Source: Nemertoderma westbladi
Taxonomy: Eukaryota; Animalia; Xenacoelomorpha
Direction of reading: 5' to 3'
Assembly: GCA_032718475.1 (NCBI GenBank)
Contig: JAUCBJ010007628.1
Span: forward strand, 1 to 64,000
DNA: 64,000 nt
Shown here: positions 40,101 to 53,143 of the stretch, piece by piece
How the letters are laid out: each line of letters begins with the position of its first letter
Position numbering within the stretch: the stretch's first letter is position 1
Notes under the pieces: generated by a model
Told to the model about the DNA's origin: nothing
What the model saw: the letters and a program-made list of their open reading frames with translations, nothing else
The model's database searches: none
Made by a program: the position numbers and the translations under genes

Positions 40101-43100
40101 GGTTCTCATTCGAATAATCGGTCGACTTCATCATCGACTACGACGAGAATGGCGACGCATCGAGTACCAGCGCGAAGAGGCCGGAGGGTTATTAAAACTC
40201 ACCGATGTCTATCAACTTATTTCACGGGAGGCCGTGATCGAGACTCGATCGAACTATACCGATCACCATATCGCGGCGGAAGGGATAACTGTTTCTGCGC
40301 CGAATCGGACTAAACCATTTCCGACGAACGCGAAAGCCGTTACTTACGCCACCCCTACTGAGACTTCTAAAGTTCTGACGCCTATCGGCACCACGCAGCC
40401 ACGACAACAGTTGCCGGCGGACTTTGTGGGATGCTCATACTGCGAGCGGAACGGCAGAAACCAAAGCGGACATAAACTACGTGCATGTCGCGCTTTTAAA
40501 GAGTTAGGGATCGAGGAAAGGAGACTCCAAATCCGATCTCTAGATTCCTGTTGGAGATGTATGAAGCCAGGACACGTCCGGAAGGATTGCCCGAGCGACG
40601 ATACATGTTCTCTGTGTGGACATAACCATGACGCGTTGCTTCACACAACCAGTCATACTCCGACCAGACGCTTTCGACGAGAGCATCCAGATAAAGCGGC
40701 TAGATGCGACGCGCTTTATAAGGAGCGTGCGCCGCGCGAGATCCGTACCTTTTATACCGACTGTATGGATCAGTCAGGATCATCGGACGAAGACGAGGAG
40801 GAAGACGACACTTTCTACGTGCATGCAGGTGAGGAACAGCCATCGATAACGCTCCTCACACAGAACCAATTGAAAGGGTTTAGCGTGATTCCTATAAAGA
40901 TTACCGGAACCCGAGGGAGCAAGCGTATATACGCCATCTTAGACTCTGCGTCATCGCATAGCTATGTCGACGAACAAGTAGCCGACGTAGTTACGGACTT
41001 GAGTCAAGGTAAGACTGCTCAGTATACTGTAAGCAGCATGCATGGTAAGAGAGCGATTCCTGTGACAAGAGTAAAACTAACTTTAGACACTCTTCTTTCC
41101 AAAGCGGAACACAGCAAGGAGGAGCGCTCATTACTTCCGGTAAGAAATTTGACCTTTGCAGCTACGAAGGACTTTAGTAACTTGCTCGGCCCTGTGCCAG
41201 AGCAATCACCGGAAGATCGTAAGTATTTCCGACACCTTGGAATACCGGAATGTCCTGTTAATTATCGTTCTATTGCGATGTTAATTGGGACAGACCAGTT
41301 TAACTTACATCAGGTATGGGAGACACGCCCATCTGTTATTACAGCGGGCAACCCCTACGCATGTAGAACTCCCATAGGTTGGTATACTAGAGCACCAATA
41401 CGTTCACTAGAGGTAAGTGACCAGGAGGACGACGTTTTGAGTACGTGTAGTTTATTGACTAACACGATAGATAATTCTCCTTCACACTCCTGTGGTCCAA
41501 TTGTACGGACGGCACTACGACAGACTTGCGTCACTAACGCAGACGCCACCGATACTGACGTAACCGATCTGGACACGACCATACGGACCTCTGACTTACA
41601 ACTACTTGCAGTAGACCAGGTTGTATTGACTACTGAAGACCTGAGGGTTGTTGCTGTGGATGACTCGATGAACGAGGATTTTGGAAGGCTTGCGAGCCTA
41701 CCGAAAAATCCGAAGGTCATTGACCCCACCCACCAGGCTTCGACACCGGTCGTTGATCTTGGAAGGCTTGCGAGCCTACCGACAGATCAAAAGGTTGTCA
41801 AACCGCCGCACGACAATTCGACGCCGACTAGTGACACCGGAAGGCTTGCGAGCCTACCAGACACATTGACACTAGCCACCGCAGCGGACGAAGACGTGGA
41901 CGAGGACCATGGCGCAGTGCAAGCAGCGCTTGACCGACTGCTGACTGAACGGACCATTCAATGGTTGGAACAGGACTCAGCAGAACCCAGTAGTTACGAG
42001 ACCGCTATGTCAGAACAGGAAAAACGGTCATTAAATATTATGAGAGATACCATTCGCCAGACCGCGAATGGCCACTATGAGGTTGGTATGTTGTGGCGCG
42101 ATGGACAACCTAGGCTCGTTAACAATTACCCGCTTGCTTTGAGGCGACTCAAATCAATAAGGCAGCGATTGTTGCGAGACGAGACGGCCCATATGCAATA
42201 CAACGCACAACTTCAGACGTATCTCCAAAAGGGATACGCCATTAGGATGTTAAATCCTGAGGTAACTACAGACCAGACATATTACCTGCCACATCATTTT
42301 GTTCGACACCCGGACAAACCTGGCAAGGTGCGTGTAGTCAACGACTGCGCTGCGCTTTACCAAGAGATGTCTATGAATAGCGAACTGATGGACGGGCCGA
42401 ATATGAATAATTACCTCATGGGAGTCCTAATGCGTTTTAGACAACGCAAAGTGGCTTTCACCTGTGACGTAGAGGCCATGTTTCACCAGGTTAAGGCTTT
42501 GGAGCGGGACAGGGACAGTTTGAGGTTTCTTTGGTATCCGGACGGAAACTTACAACTTCCGCCAGAAACTTACCAAATGCAGGTAAGAGTATTTGGAGCC
42601 AGGGACAGCCCCAACTGCGCCATGTACGCATTGAAGCAGACAGCATTAGACAGACGAGACCAATTTGACCCAGAAGTAGTTCGGACCGTAGAACGAGACT
42701 TCTACGTGGATGACGGCCTCAAGAGTTGTGACACCTTGTAGCGCGCTACAACCGTAGCACACCAACTCCAGGATTGTCTCGCTGAGGGCGGATTTCACCT
42801 GACGAAGTTCGCTTCCAACGAACCCGAACTGGTGAACTCATTTGACCCGATGGATCGTAGCGGAGGTGATTTGGACTTAGACCTAGAACCTCTGCCGACG
42901 ACCAAAGTATTAGGACTTAGTTGGGACCCTAACACCGACAATTTTAGGGTACGTGTAAGGTCCAACGACCAGACTAGACCTCTCACTAAGAGGACTTGCT
43001 TATCGACCATGAGTCGATTGTATGACCCATTGTGTTTCATTAGTCCAGTGATCCTACATGCCAGGATCATACTCCGCAGCATTTGGCAAGCCGGACTGGA

Positions 43101-46100
43101 ATGGGACGATCCCATCCCAGAAAAGTTAGCTGAGCGATGGAGGGACTGGGAAGCCCAACTGACGTTCCTACAAGACTATACCATACCAAGGGTATACTTT
43201 CCTTTGCAAACCACCTTTCCTGCCGATTTAGAGCTTCACAGCTTTAGTGACGCTAGCAAGGATGGATTGGGGGTTACCTTATACCTTAGACGACAAGTGA
43301 CATCGGACAGCTACGATGTATCTCTCGTTACTTCAAGAGCTAGAACAATGCCATTGAAGTATATGACTGTACCTCGTGGGGAGCTGCAAGCCGGGACGAT
43401 ATCCACCGATATTGTCAGTCTAGTTCAACGCGAGCTGGAGGCTAACTTGAAGGTCACATATTGGACGGATGCGACGTTGGTACTTTGGTACATAAACAAC
43501 GAAACATTTGAGTTCAAGACTTTCGTAGCCAACAGACGGGCTGAAATACTAGACCGGTCGCTCAAACAAGATTGGCGTCACTGTCCAGGGAAGCTGAACC
43601 CAGCTGACATCGCGTCACGGGGGATGCAACCACTTGACTTTTGTAAACCGGACAATAAATCCTTTTGGTTTAGAGGACCCGATTTCCTACAGCGACCATC
43701 AGACGAATGGCCACCGTTATTCGACGCGACAACCAACACCATACCAGAGGGTGCCGAGATAAAACTCGACAAGGTTGTCAAGTCTAAAGCGAAAGCCAAC
43801 GCCAAGGTCAAGAGGAAAAAAGGACGGACGAAATCTGATGACCTGGACGCCAGACCTGACATTACGCCAGACGTCTCGCCAGACACTCGACCAGACGCTT
43901 GTACGAATCCTTCGCCGGATGTTCCGCGGGAGATTTCACCAGACGTTTCGCCGGATTGTTCACCAGATTACTCGCCAGACTATTCACCAGAAGAGACACC
44001 AGATTGTTCTCCGGATTGTTCGCCAGATTGTTTGATGGAACTCTCGACAGAATGTCTACCGGACGTCTCACCAGACTGTTCACCAGACATCTCGACCGAC
44101 TGTCCACCAGACTTTGAACCAGACTTTCTGATAGAAGTTACGCTAGACAGACTTTGGGACCGACGACAGGACATTTCGCCGGAAGTTCCGCGCTATGTCT
44201 CACCAGACGTCTCACCAGACTGTTCACCAGACGCTTCGCCAGACTGTCTACTAGACACTCCATTAGAAGACCCATTGGAGCGGACATTACCGAATTTGAC
44301 TTCTTTGGACGACAAAGGTTTGGCCACAGGGATTACACTTCGCTCGAAGAAGGTACTTGACTTACCTACAGGTAAAGTGGTGACTAAGGTTAGGAAGCTT
44401 ACAGGCTCACAGGAACACACTGACACTGTAGAGTTGAAACCATTACTGCCAGTCGACACATTAGGTGCGGACGGCAAAGGTAAGACCGTAGAGATTGACG
44501 TACTTGGGGACTCAGACAAACCTACCGGAAGGCCCGTGGGCCTACCAAGTCCAGACAAGTATCCACACTACGACTACACCTTACCCGATGACGTCACTAA
44601 CACTTACGTTGACAGGATAGTGAACCTAACTAGATCATGGACTGACGCGTGCCGCAAGTTAGCATGGCTCAAACGATTGAGACAATATGCCAGAGGCAAA
44701 CGCGACTTTCCTAGAAGACTTACCTTAAAGGAAATTGAACACTGTGAAGTTGATATCATCAGACATTATCAATTGCGATATTTCGCACGAGAGTTCACAG
44801 CGATCAAACAAGGTAAACAGATTAAGTCTTCACCGATTTTGAGTTGGAGTCCGATTATTTACCGGGGCTTACTTTGTCACAAGTCCAGACTCCAAAACAT
44901 CGACTTTGCACTTGACTTCAGGTATCCTATCATCATACCGCAACACCATGAGTTACAACGCGCTATGATACTGGACGCACATGTACAACTCAAACACGTA
45001 GGTAGACACCACTGTCTATCACACTTACGCTCGAGGTTTGTACTGATTAGACCTAGTAAGGCACTGAGTTCAGTAACACGGAACTGTATTATTTGTAAGA
45101 AGGTGCACGCGAGGATAGGACACCAAGAAATGAGTGAACTACCACTAGCGAGATTACAGGCGTTTAGACCCCCTTTCACTGAGACAGGGATGGACTGTTT
45201 TGGACCCATAATCGCGAAACGCGGAAGGGTACAGGTAAAACGTTGGGGATTGATCTTCACTTGCATGGCCAGCAGAGCTGTCCATATAGAGCGAGTGACA
45301 GACTTGTCCACCAATGCCTTTATCCTAGCCTTACGGCGATTTATCGCTAGACGTGGATTGGTCAAATCCATATACTGCGACCAAGGGACAAACTTTGTGG
45401 GTGCACGGAACGAGATAACCAGAGCTTTGAGAAAATTGGACCAAAACCAGATTTCCGAGGAACTACGTCCTCACCGTATTGTTTGGTTTTTCAACACTCC
45501 AGACAGTCCGTGGAGAGGCGGCGTTTGGGAAAGGCTGATTGGCTCAATAAAGACAGCTATGGCTAAAGTCGTACCGACGCAACACATCTTGACAGACGAC
45601 CAACTAACGACGTTACTAATAGAAATCGAAGCAATCTTAAATACCAGACCGATCGCTTTGATCCCAGACAATAACGACGTACAGTTTGCCTTGACACCAG
45701 CGCACCTGCTTATGCAGGCGCCGACGACACTGTTGCCCATTTCGGTACCCGTTGATAGTGACGGATACGGCAACAAGGCTTGGAAAATCACTCAATTGCT
45801 TGCAAATAAATTCTGGGAAATATGGCAGAAATATTATTTGCCCTCTATTTCGACCAGAACCTCTTGGTATCTAAATACACGGTGTTTAAGACGTGGTGAC
45901 CATGTCTTATTGGCTGAAGCCAATCTGAGAAGACGGTTTTGGCTGACTGGAGTCATTTTGACCACGCACCCTACATCTGGTGTAGTGAGGACAGTTACTG
46001 TACGGACTATCGACGGACGTACCGTAGATAGGCCTGTACAACGTCTCGTACTCCTCGAGGAGACTAGAAACGAGACGGGAGACTACAAATCTCCACCCAA

Positions 46101-46113
46101 TATTAGTAAATAG
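37177..46113 (+). CDS. BEL/Pao gag-pol polyprotein with a single in-frame TAG at 42739-42741
   Basis: Coiled-coil repeats, gag capsid-like region and three Cys/His knuckles (CSYC..H..C, CWRC..GH..C, CSLC..H..LLH). Protease ILDSAS, RT FYVDD, RNase H FSDASK/WTDA, integrase HH-CC and D-D-E. ORFs 37177-42741 and 42832-46113 are in the same frame. Confidence 0.93.
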
Positions 46114-47915
46114 ATGTGGGACCTTTGTTGGCCGCCACATAGACCTACTGTATTTTAGTTATTTGTATTTGTATTACTGTACGTGCATTTGTAATCCTCT
46201 TCACTGTAGATAGAGACAGCGGTGGAATTCCATTGTCTTTATACGTGAACATGGAGGGTAGTACCCTTATGTATCACATAGGAGCGGGATTGTGTGTACA
46301 GTAGGAATGGAATTCCACTTGGAACCCACAAGTGAGACAATTTTCAAAATTATTAGACAAATCCATTTAGTTGGATTTAAATTTAAGAAAACGATTCTCC
46401 AGTGAAGGCAAATTCTAGAATACAGCTAGATAAAATTAAAATTGAGGAGGACAAGAGCGGATGGAAGGCTTGCGAGCCTACCGATAAATTTTTTTTTGGA
46501 AAAAGAAAATCGGTCTTGTTCTACGTAGTCGTGTCTACTATTATTTTGACCAATTAATTCTCGACTGCATTATTTTCTTGGGAAACGTAGTTTGGGAAAT
46601 TAAAAGGTGAGTATTTTAGACTCGCGGCTAGTTTACCCGGAATTCGTTTTTTTTTTATCGGCACATTTTTTGGATTAGGGGCCAGTGCGAAATTACGCGA
46701 ACCCGAAATCATTAGGCAAAATGGGTTGGGGTTTAGAGCAGAGTTGAGCCAAAAGCCGACAAACTCTAAGTCACCTCACATCTAACCTCTGTTTGTGCTT
46801 CCTCTAGTAGAAACACTATTATCAAAGATCCACGCAGGAATAGGAGCACCAGGCGCCGTTCAACCGATATGGGGCCAAAACTTTAACCTGTTTGGAGTGG
46901 AGAGTATGGCTAGGAGTACAGCCAAGCTTGCTAAATCCAAGGCGGATCCAAACGTCACGCGACAGCGATTGGACGCTTATAACAAACAGCGGAGGAGTTA
47001 CGCGCGGAGTTCAAAGCGTTGTACCCCTACGATGCGTTATGCGACGCCAGCGACGTTTGCGAGAACCCCGAGCTGATATTAGCGCGTTGCCCAAACCACC
47101 AAAGTCTGCGTTACCAAGAAGGCGGTCGTTTCATCTCCCGTCGTCCCCTTTCCTAGCGTTTTGGAAGCACCGACAACTCGACGCCGAAGTCCGAGCCCAG
47201 TTCGACCTCGACCACCACCCAATCGCAATAGAGGACGTGGACGAGCCCGGTCGGCCAAGGAATAGGAAAGCGAGAAGAAAGGATATTATATTCAGATATT
47301 ATATTCAGATATTATATTTGGATGTTATATTGGATATTTATATTGGATATTTTATATTTGGATATTATATTTGGGTATTTATATCGGACGTTGGGTTTGG
47401 AAGGACGAGATATGGAAAGGAAGGCTTGCGAGCCTACCGTTAGCAATTGGTGCTCAGGAGAAGACATCCAGACCAGTAGGACGAACTTTTCAGATCGTCA
47501 GGAGAACACTTTAAGACTTATTTGAAGGATTTTAGCGCATTGTGTTTATTTTATATTTGGACTGATTTAATTTGGTGAAGGTTTATTATGTATATTTACA
47601 ATATATAAAGATTTATCGAAAGAGTTTGATTTATTTGTTTGATTTGTTTGATTTATTTGTTCTGATTTGTTTAATTTGTTTATCTTGATAACCGAAAGCC
47701 TTTTTTGTATTTTAGGCACTAAAGTTAATTCGTAAATTTGTATTTGTATGTACGATCGATTGTATTTACGCCGTATCTGCAATATTAAGTATGCAATGAT
47801 TAGATAGTGATTATATTTTATATTTTAGGCCCTACCAGTAAATTTAGAAATAGTTTGTAGATATTTTATATTTTGATTGGTGAAAACAGTCTTACTTACT
47901 GTTTTCATGGAGCGG

Positions 47916-50202
47916 TGATGAATTATTTCACTATAAGGTAGCATTTGTAGTTTAACTTTAACGTAAAAACTTTTGAAAATCCGACGTATTTTGATTAAAT
48001 TACAGTAATGTAATATGCCTATTCATATTTGTACACATAAAACCCTTAGGTACTCTCGTGGCGTAGTGGTCAGATGGTTAAGGCGTTGGTTACATTACGT
48101 AGGTTACGAGTTCGAATCCCAGTCGGGAAATTTGTATTTTGGGGCCATTTATTTTCGTTTAGGTGCTAATTGGTAGGCCAATGAGAAGCGTACAACGTAG
48201 CGGATAATGAGCCAGGCCAATCATAGGGCATAAATTACCTTATTGCTCAAATGTGAGGCAGTGGAAAATTCTGTTAGGATTCCATGTCCCTGATTAGTGT
48301 AAGGGCCGGACTGCGTTGAACGATGAGCTGGGCCAATCATAGGGCACGACGTACTTCATTGCTCAATTGTGAAGCTGTGGAAAATTTTGTTTAGTTTCCA
48401 TGTGCAATTTCTAGTATAAAAGGCCGGTTTGCCTTCGGTTATCATTCCTAATCGCTTCACTTCGTTATGATTTGTATATCGTTACTCTATCCTTTTATTC
48501 TTGTAAAATTAGTTTATTCGGTTTCTTGTTGAAACTTACTTTGATAAATCCTTTGTTAAAACTGTAAATATACTGCAATTTCCTGACATGTTTTCTTTTG
48601 GTCCGACTTCGGGACAGCCGAACACCAGGGAGATGGCAGCCTAGACCGTTAGGCCGTAAGCAACGCAGGGAAGGGATGTCCACAACACGCTAGCGCCCAC
48701 ATTGGATCGACCGCGCACCCCCTTTGCCCCTTCGAAATGCTCAACTTGCTATGCAGCGCCCGCTTTGTGAGAAAGGTAAGACTTTGTTCGACGCCCTTGC
48801 CCGCCGTAAGACCTATAGATCAGGGTAAGCGTGACACCGCACTGGACGCCGCAAATTTAGGATCAAATAATTATATCCAGACACCCCCCCCCTTCTTGTC
48901 AGTCCTACGAACCCCTGGGTTAACCTGTACTTCCTACAGGTGCGAACTATTGCCATTCGTCAGTACGCGAGTACACATTAGGCACGGACAGCATACGTTC
49001 CATAATTTAGTGATTCATAGCACTGACTGTTTGGTACCGGTTCGCTTTGAAGAACGTACATTAGTACCCCCCCCCCCCCCCCTGTCTGGAGTTAGCTATT
49101 TGATCAGGCAAGGAGTATTTCTGCTACCGGCACACTGCTTGGCCTAGGGAGGTTTATTAATATCCTACCGCGCCTTGCCACGTACTGATAGGTATTGCTG
49201 CTAACTACCGCAGCAACAAAATTCTAGAATTAAATTAGTATACCAGATCAGCTAACGTACGGTAGCGATTAACCCCTATTCTTATCTTACAACCAGAATC
49301 TGGTATTAGTGCCGATCACGGGTGTAGTTACTAACACTGTGGTTGCCCATTGGGTTGTGGATAGGAAGGAGAGAGCTTTGACGTCATTCGTGAGTATAAA
49401 GTTCTACAAACGCGACTAGTTTATTTTAGTAGCTAGCGCACGGTATCATTTTTAGTCAGAAAATCACTAAAACCTAGTAAAAGGAATTACCCGAAATTGT
49501 TTTATTTGTAACACACCCACACACACACGCCCTAAAACATATTGCCCTTAAAGTTCTACTAGCTATAGCGTACTATACATTACGTTAGGAGGAAATTATT
49601 TGTATTTGTACAATTAGGATCTGATTTGATTGCGGCAAGATAAGGAGTATTTCACTTTCGTTATTAAACTGTTGTTTGTCTGGACAACGGTATTGTTACA
49701 TTTAGGCTTGACCCTTTAGACTGATTTCGTACAGGGGAATCAGTTATTGTTACATTTAGGCACGACCCCTTTTCGACTGATTTAGGACTGTCAGTGTTGT
49801 TACGCTAGGTCTGTTAACCCACTAGCTCGTATATAAACCATATAAATCACACCGCGGCAAGTTACTGTATTTAGGACTGTCAGTGATAGTTAGGATTCGC
49901 TGCGCGGGGATTGTTTTCCCGTGAGTTCGGTCTGTTACGGTAACTGTACATCTGCCTCACCGGTTAGAGGACAGGTATCCTTCTGTCTAGTACGTAGGCA
50001 TTAGACCCGCTCACGTACATAGAATAGATACAAGGCTCTGTTCCTCGCCAGTAGTCGTTTGTGTACTATATCTGTTTGTTTAGATATCCTGGACTGGGAT
50101 TTGTTGTCAGATACTGTACAAGCCCGTATACATTACTAGAGTCTCATAGTAAGATACATCGTTACTAGGATCTGGTAAGCGGTATACTACTGGACCCTTA
50201 CA
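47916..50202 (+). repeat. 3' LTR (2287 bp)
   Basis: Copy of the 5' LTR at offset 13958; begins TGATGAATT and ends CCTTACA. Confidence 0.97.
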
Positions 50203-50675
50203 AAAAGCGCAGTTTAATCTTGAATAATCTACAATGCGTTTCAACTCAATTCTTTAATTCTCATCACACACCAGGTTGATTTACACTAAAATTATTATAT
50301 TATTATACGACTGGCATGTCTGCTAATATTATAAGGTGGGGGGGGGGGGGGGGGGGGGTGTAATAAATTTGGAACTCCATTCTCAAACAATATTCAACGA
50401 GACACCATGGTATATTCAGACTTAGCACGACAAAGCTACATAGAGCTGGCGGAGAAATTATTTGGGTTGGAGTGTGGGGGGGGGGGAGAGAAACAAAACA
50501 CAGTGGTGACACTATCCTCCCTGGGCGTTCACATTTTTTGGATACGCAAACAGTAAATGTCTTTCTAACATTTTGGGATAATTAATTCATAAATTATTTA
50601 TCACAACTTACTCCTACATATAGACCAGAGCATGATTTATTATCAAAGTCAACTTATTATTAAGTTAAATTATCA

Positions 50676-50862
50676 AAGTATAAACAGTCGGCCGAGGCCA
50701 GAGGAGACCCGAAGGCTCCTCTTTCGTTAGCTGCTACCCGAGGGCAGGGGTGGATGCTACCCGAAGATATGGGTGGGCGCTACTCCAATCTGCTACCCGA
50801 GGGTAGGGGTGGGCGCTACTTGTATTCCTTGTTTTGCTCCCAGTTATTTAACTGGTACTCAT
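50676..50862 (-). mobile_element. Possible SINE 3' fragment
   Basis: GC-rich hairpins (AGAGGAG..CGAA..CTCCTCT), an internal duplication CTGCTACCCGAGGG.AGGGGTGG, and an ACTGGTACTCAT block that I recall from invertebrate SINE cores; recall only. Confidence 0.35.
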
Positions 50863-53143
50863 GATATATTATATCGTATCTTATTCCTACGTACAGACCA
50901 GAGCTTGTTTTAACTGAATTCGGAATTGTTTTAACTGAACCGAATATTTTAACATAATTTTAATATTTGAATTTATTTATTTATTATTTGAATATTTAAA
51001 TTTGGATCAACATTATTATAAATGTCGGGAAACATTTCCTGTTCCCTGTGTTGTCTCTTTGCTTCCATACCAATACACACCATGACCCGTAATATAGTGT
51101 CATTTTCTGATGACACGGACCCCCCCCCCCCAAATTTTTCTACAAATCCCTAACCTGTAACAAAAACTATCTAGTATAAAAAATTTTTTTTGGGGGGGGG
51201 TGGGGGGTGGGGGGTGTGCACAAAACACACTTAGTACCTTCTTCACATTAGTCGTAATTTTTTCATATCATCAGAAAGCTTGCGTTGCAAGGATTCAAAT
51301 TAAATATGTAACAATATCTGAATTTCGTTTAGAAACAGCTGAGATATATAGGCGAGTCAATCTAGCCGAAAAAGGGGGTCAACCCATAACAAATTCGCAA
51401 TTCATCCAAACCAATTTATTTTTATTCTACATTACCTTGTTAATACCCCCAAAAAAGTCTATAAAAATATATTATGCGGATCACCTTCAATTTCCTGTTT
51501 CTTTCCTTAGCAACATGGATTGTACATAGCAACAAGGGGTCTATTAGTGGGATTTTCTCCAAATTTGGTACAGACAAACTTTACTCTAATGACTATCGAT
51601 TGACAGAAGTATGCACTTTTATATAGTTACCAATTTAGTTTCCAGAGCAACGGAATTTTGTCTAATAATTAATCCATTTTTAATACCAATTTTGCTGGTA
51701 CAATATAAGGACCTTATTTACACAACTTCTCTACTAAACGGGTGGATGTAACCTCGCCCGTCGGAATTATCGACCTCAAAAACCCTTATCCCCAAAAAAT
51801 TTATTCGTTATATGATAAACTATTGTGGTTTTCAAACTAAAACAAATAAATAAATTACACCTAAAATCAATAGAGCAATCACAATTTAATTTATGTGAAA
51901 AATCTTCACTAACATTAATGGAAACTATGAAATTTCCTTGCAGTGGAACAGTTTCCTTAATATAACGTGAAGTTTGATCAATGTTTAAGTAATTCGATTT
52001 TTTTATGTTGACTGAAAGGTTCAAGTTTGATAGAAATTCAGAGGCTAACTGTAACATATCGTTTAAATCTGATTTTATATTAGCTACGAGAACAATGTCA
52101 TCAGCATACGTTATAATGCAGAATGATAAGTCATTGAGTAGGAGTCCCTAGGCCGCTGTCAATTAGAGAATTTACCATTTCAGCAATGTAGAAGTTAAAT
52201 AGCAGTGAACTTCACACTCCTCCCTGGTGGACGCCCTGTTCTAGTGAGATTTCTTCCTGATATATATATATATGTCCCATTACGCATGTATGCAACAGAG
52301 TTCAGGTAGTATGATTTTATTGCAGAAACAATTCTTCGGTTTACATCTGATGAATATAGCTTTGAAAAGAGCTGGTTATATGAGACTTTATCAAAGGCTG
52401 AAGTGAGGTCTAAACAAACTGTGTGCACCTGGGAATGCTGTTGATTAAAGAGTTTAATAAGATTAGCTGTTGTTATGTATGCTGTCTCCGAGTTTACCTT
52501 AGTTTTGTAACCAAGTTGTAGGTCGTTCGTTTGTAGGCATTCTAATTCCTTAAGTATTGTAGTTTCCCATAATTTGGCAATGACATTGAGTATGGTGATG
52601 CCTCTAAAGCGCATGTTTTCCAAAATGTTGTTACCTTTCATTGGTTTAGGAACAGTGATTAAGAGGCTTTGGGATAGAATCGAGGGACAGTTTCCTGATT
52701 TGTTGATGGAGTTAAACATGTCAGCTATGAATGTACATAAATTGTGAGATAAGCCATGGTAAAGATTTTTTGCTTTCATGTTGAGTATGTCAGTTGACTT
52801 ACCATGATTTAGGAGTGTTATATTGTGATTGATATGCGATGAGGTAACAACTGTTGGGTAAGGTGATCTGCACGGACAGTGATGGTATCATTACAATGTT
52901 CATCTTGTACATCTGATTTGAAAGTTGTAATGTAGTCTTTATGTAGTTTGTCCGCATTTGTATCAGATAGCTGTTATTTTTGTTTATGTGGTTTTACTAA
53001 TCTCCAGAATTTTTTTGGATCTTTTATTGAGTTGGCAATTTCTTTAACATGAAGTTGGTAGGATATTTCTGATGCTTTTTTGCTTTTTTCTAAAGTCTCC
53101 TGAGTGTTAAAGTCACTTCCACTTTTTAACCACTCTTTTTCAT

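Larger units (their letters stand above)
33958..50202 (+). mobile_element. Full-length BEL/Pao LTR retrotransposon, 16,245 bp, TSD AAAAG
   Basis: TG...CA LTRs at 33958-36244 and 47916-50202; AAAAG at 33953-33957 and 50203-50207. Single gag-PR-RT-RH-IN polyprotein; purine-rich GGAGCGG before the 3' LTR. Confidence 0.96.

Noticed and set aside
41683-41858. Three 20-nt repeats at 78-bp spacing as a mini-CRISPR array
   Set aside because: The intervening segments are homologous to each other and lie in frame inside the polyprotein. Reported instead as part of the dispersed hairpin motif.
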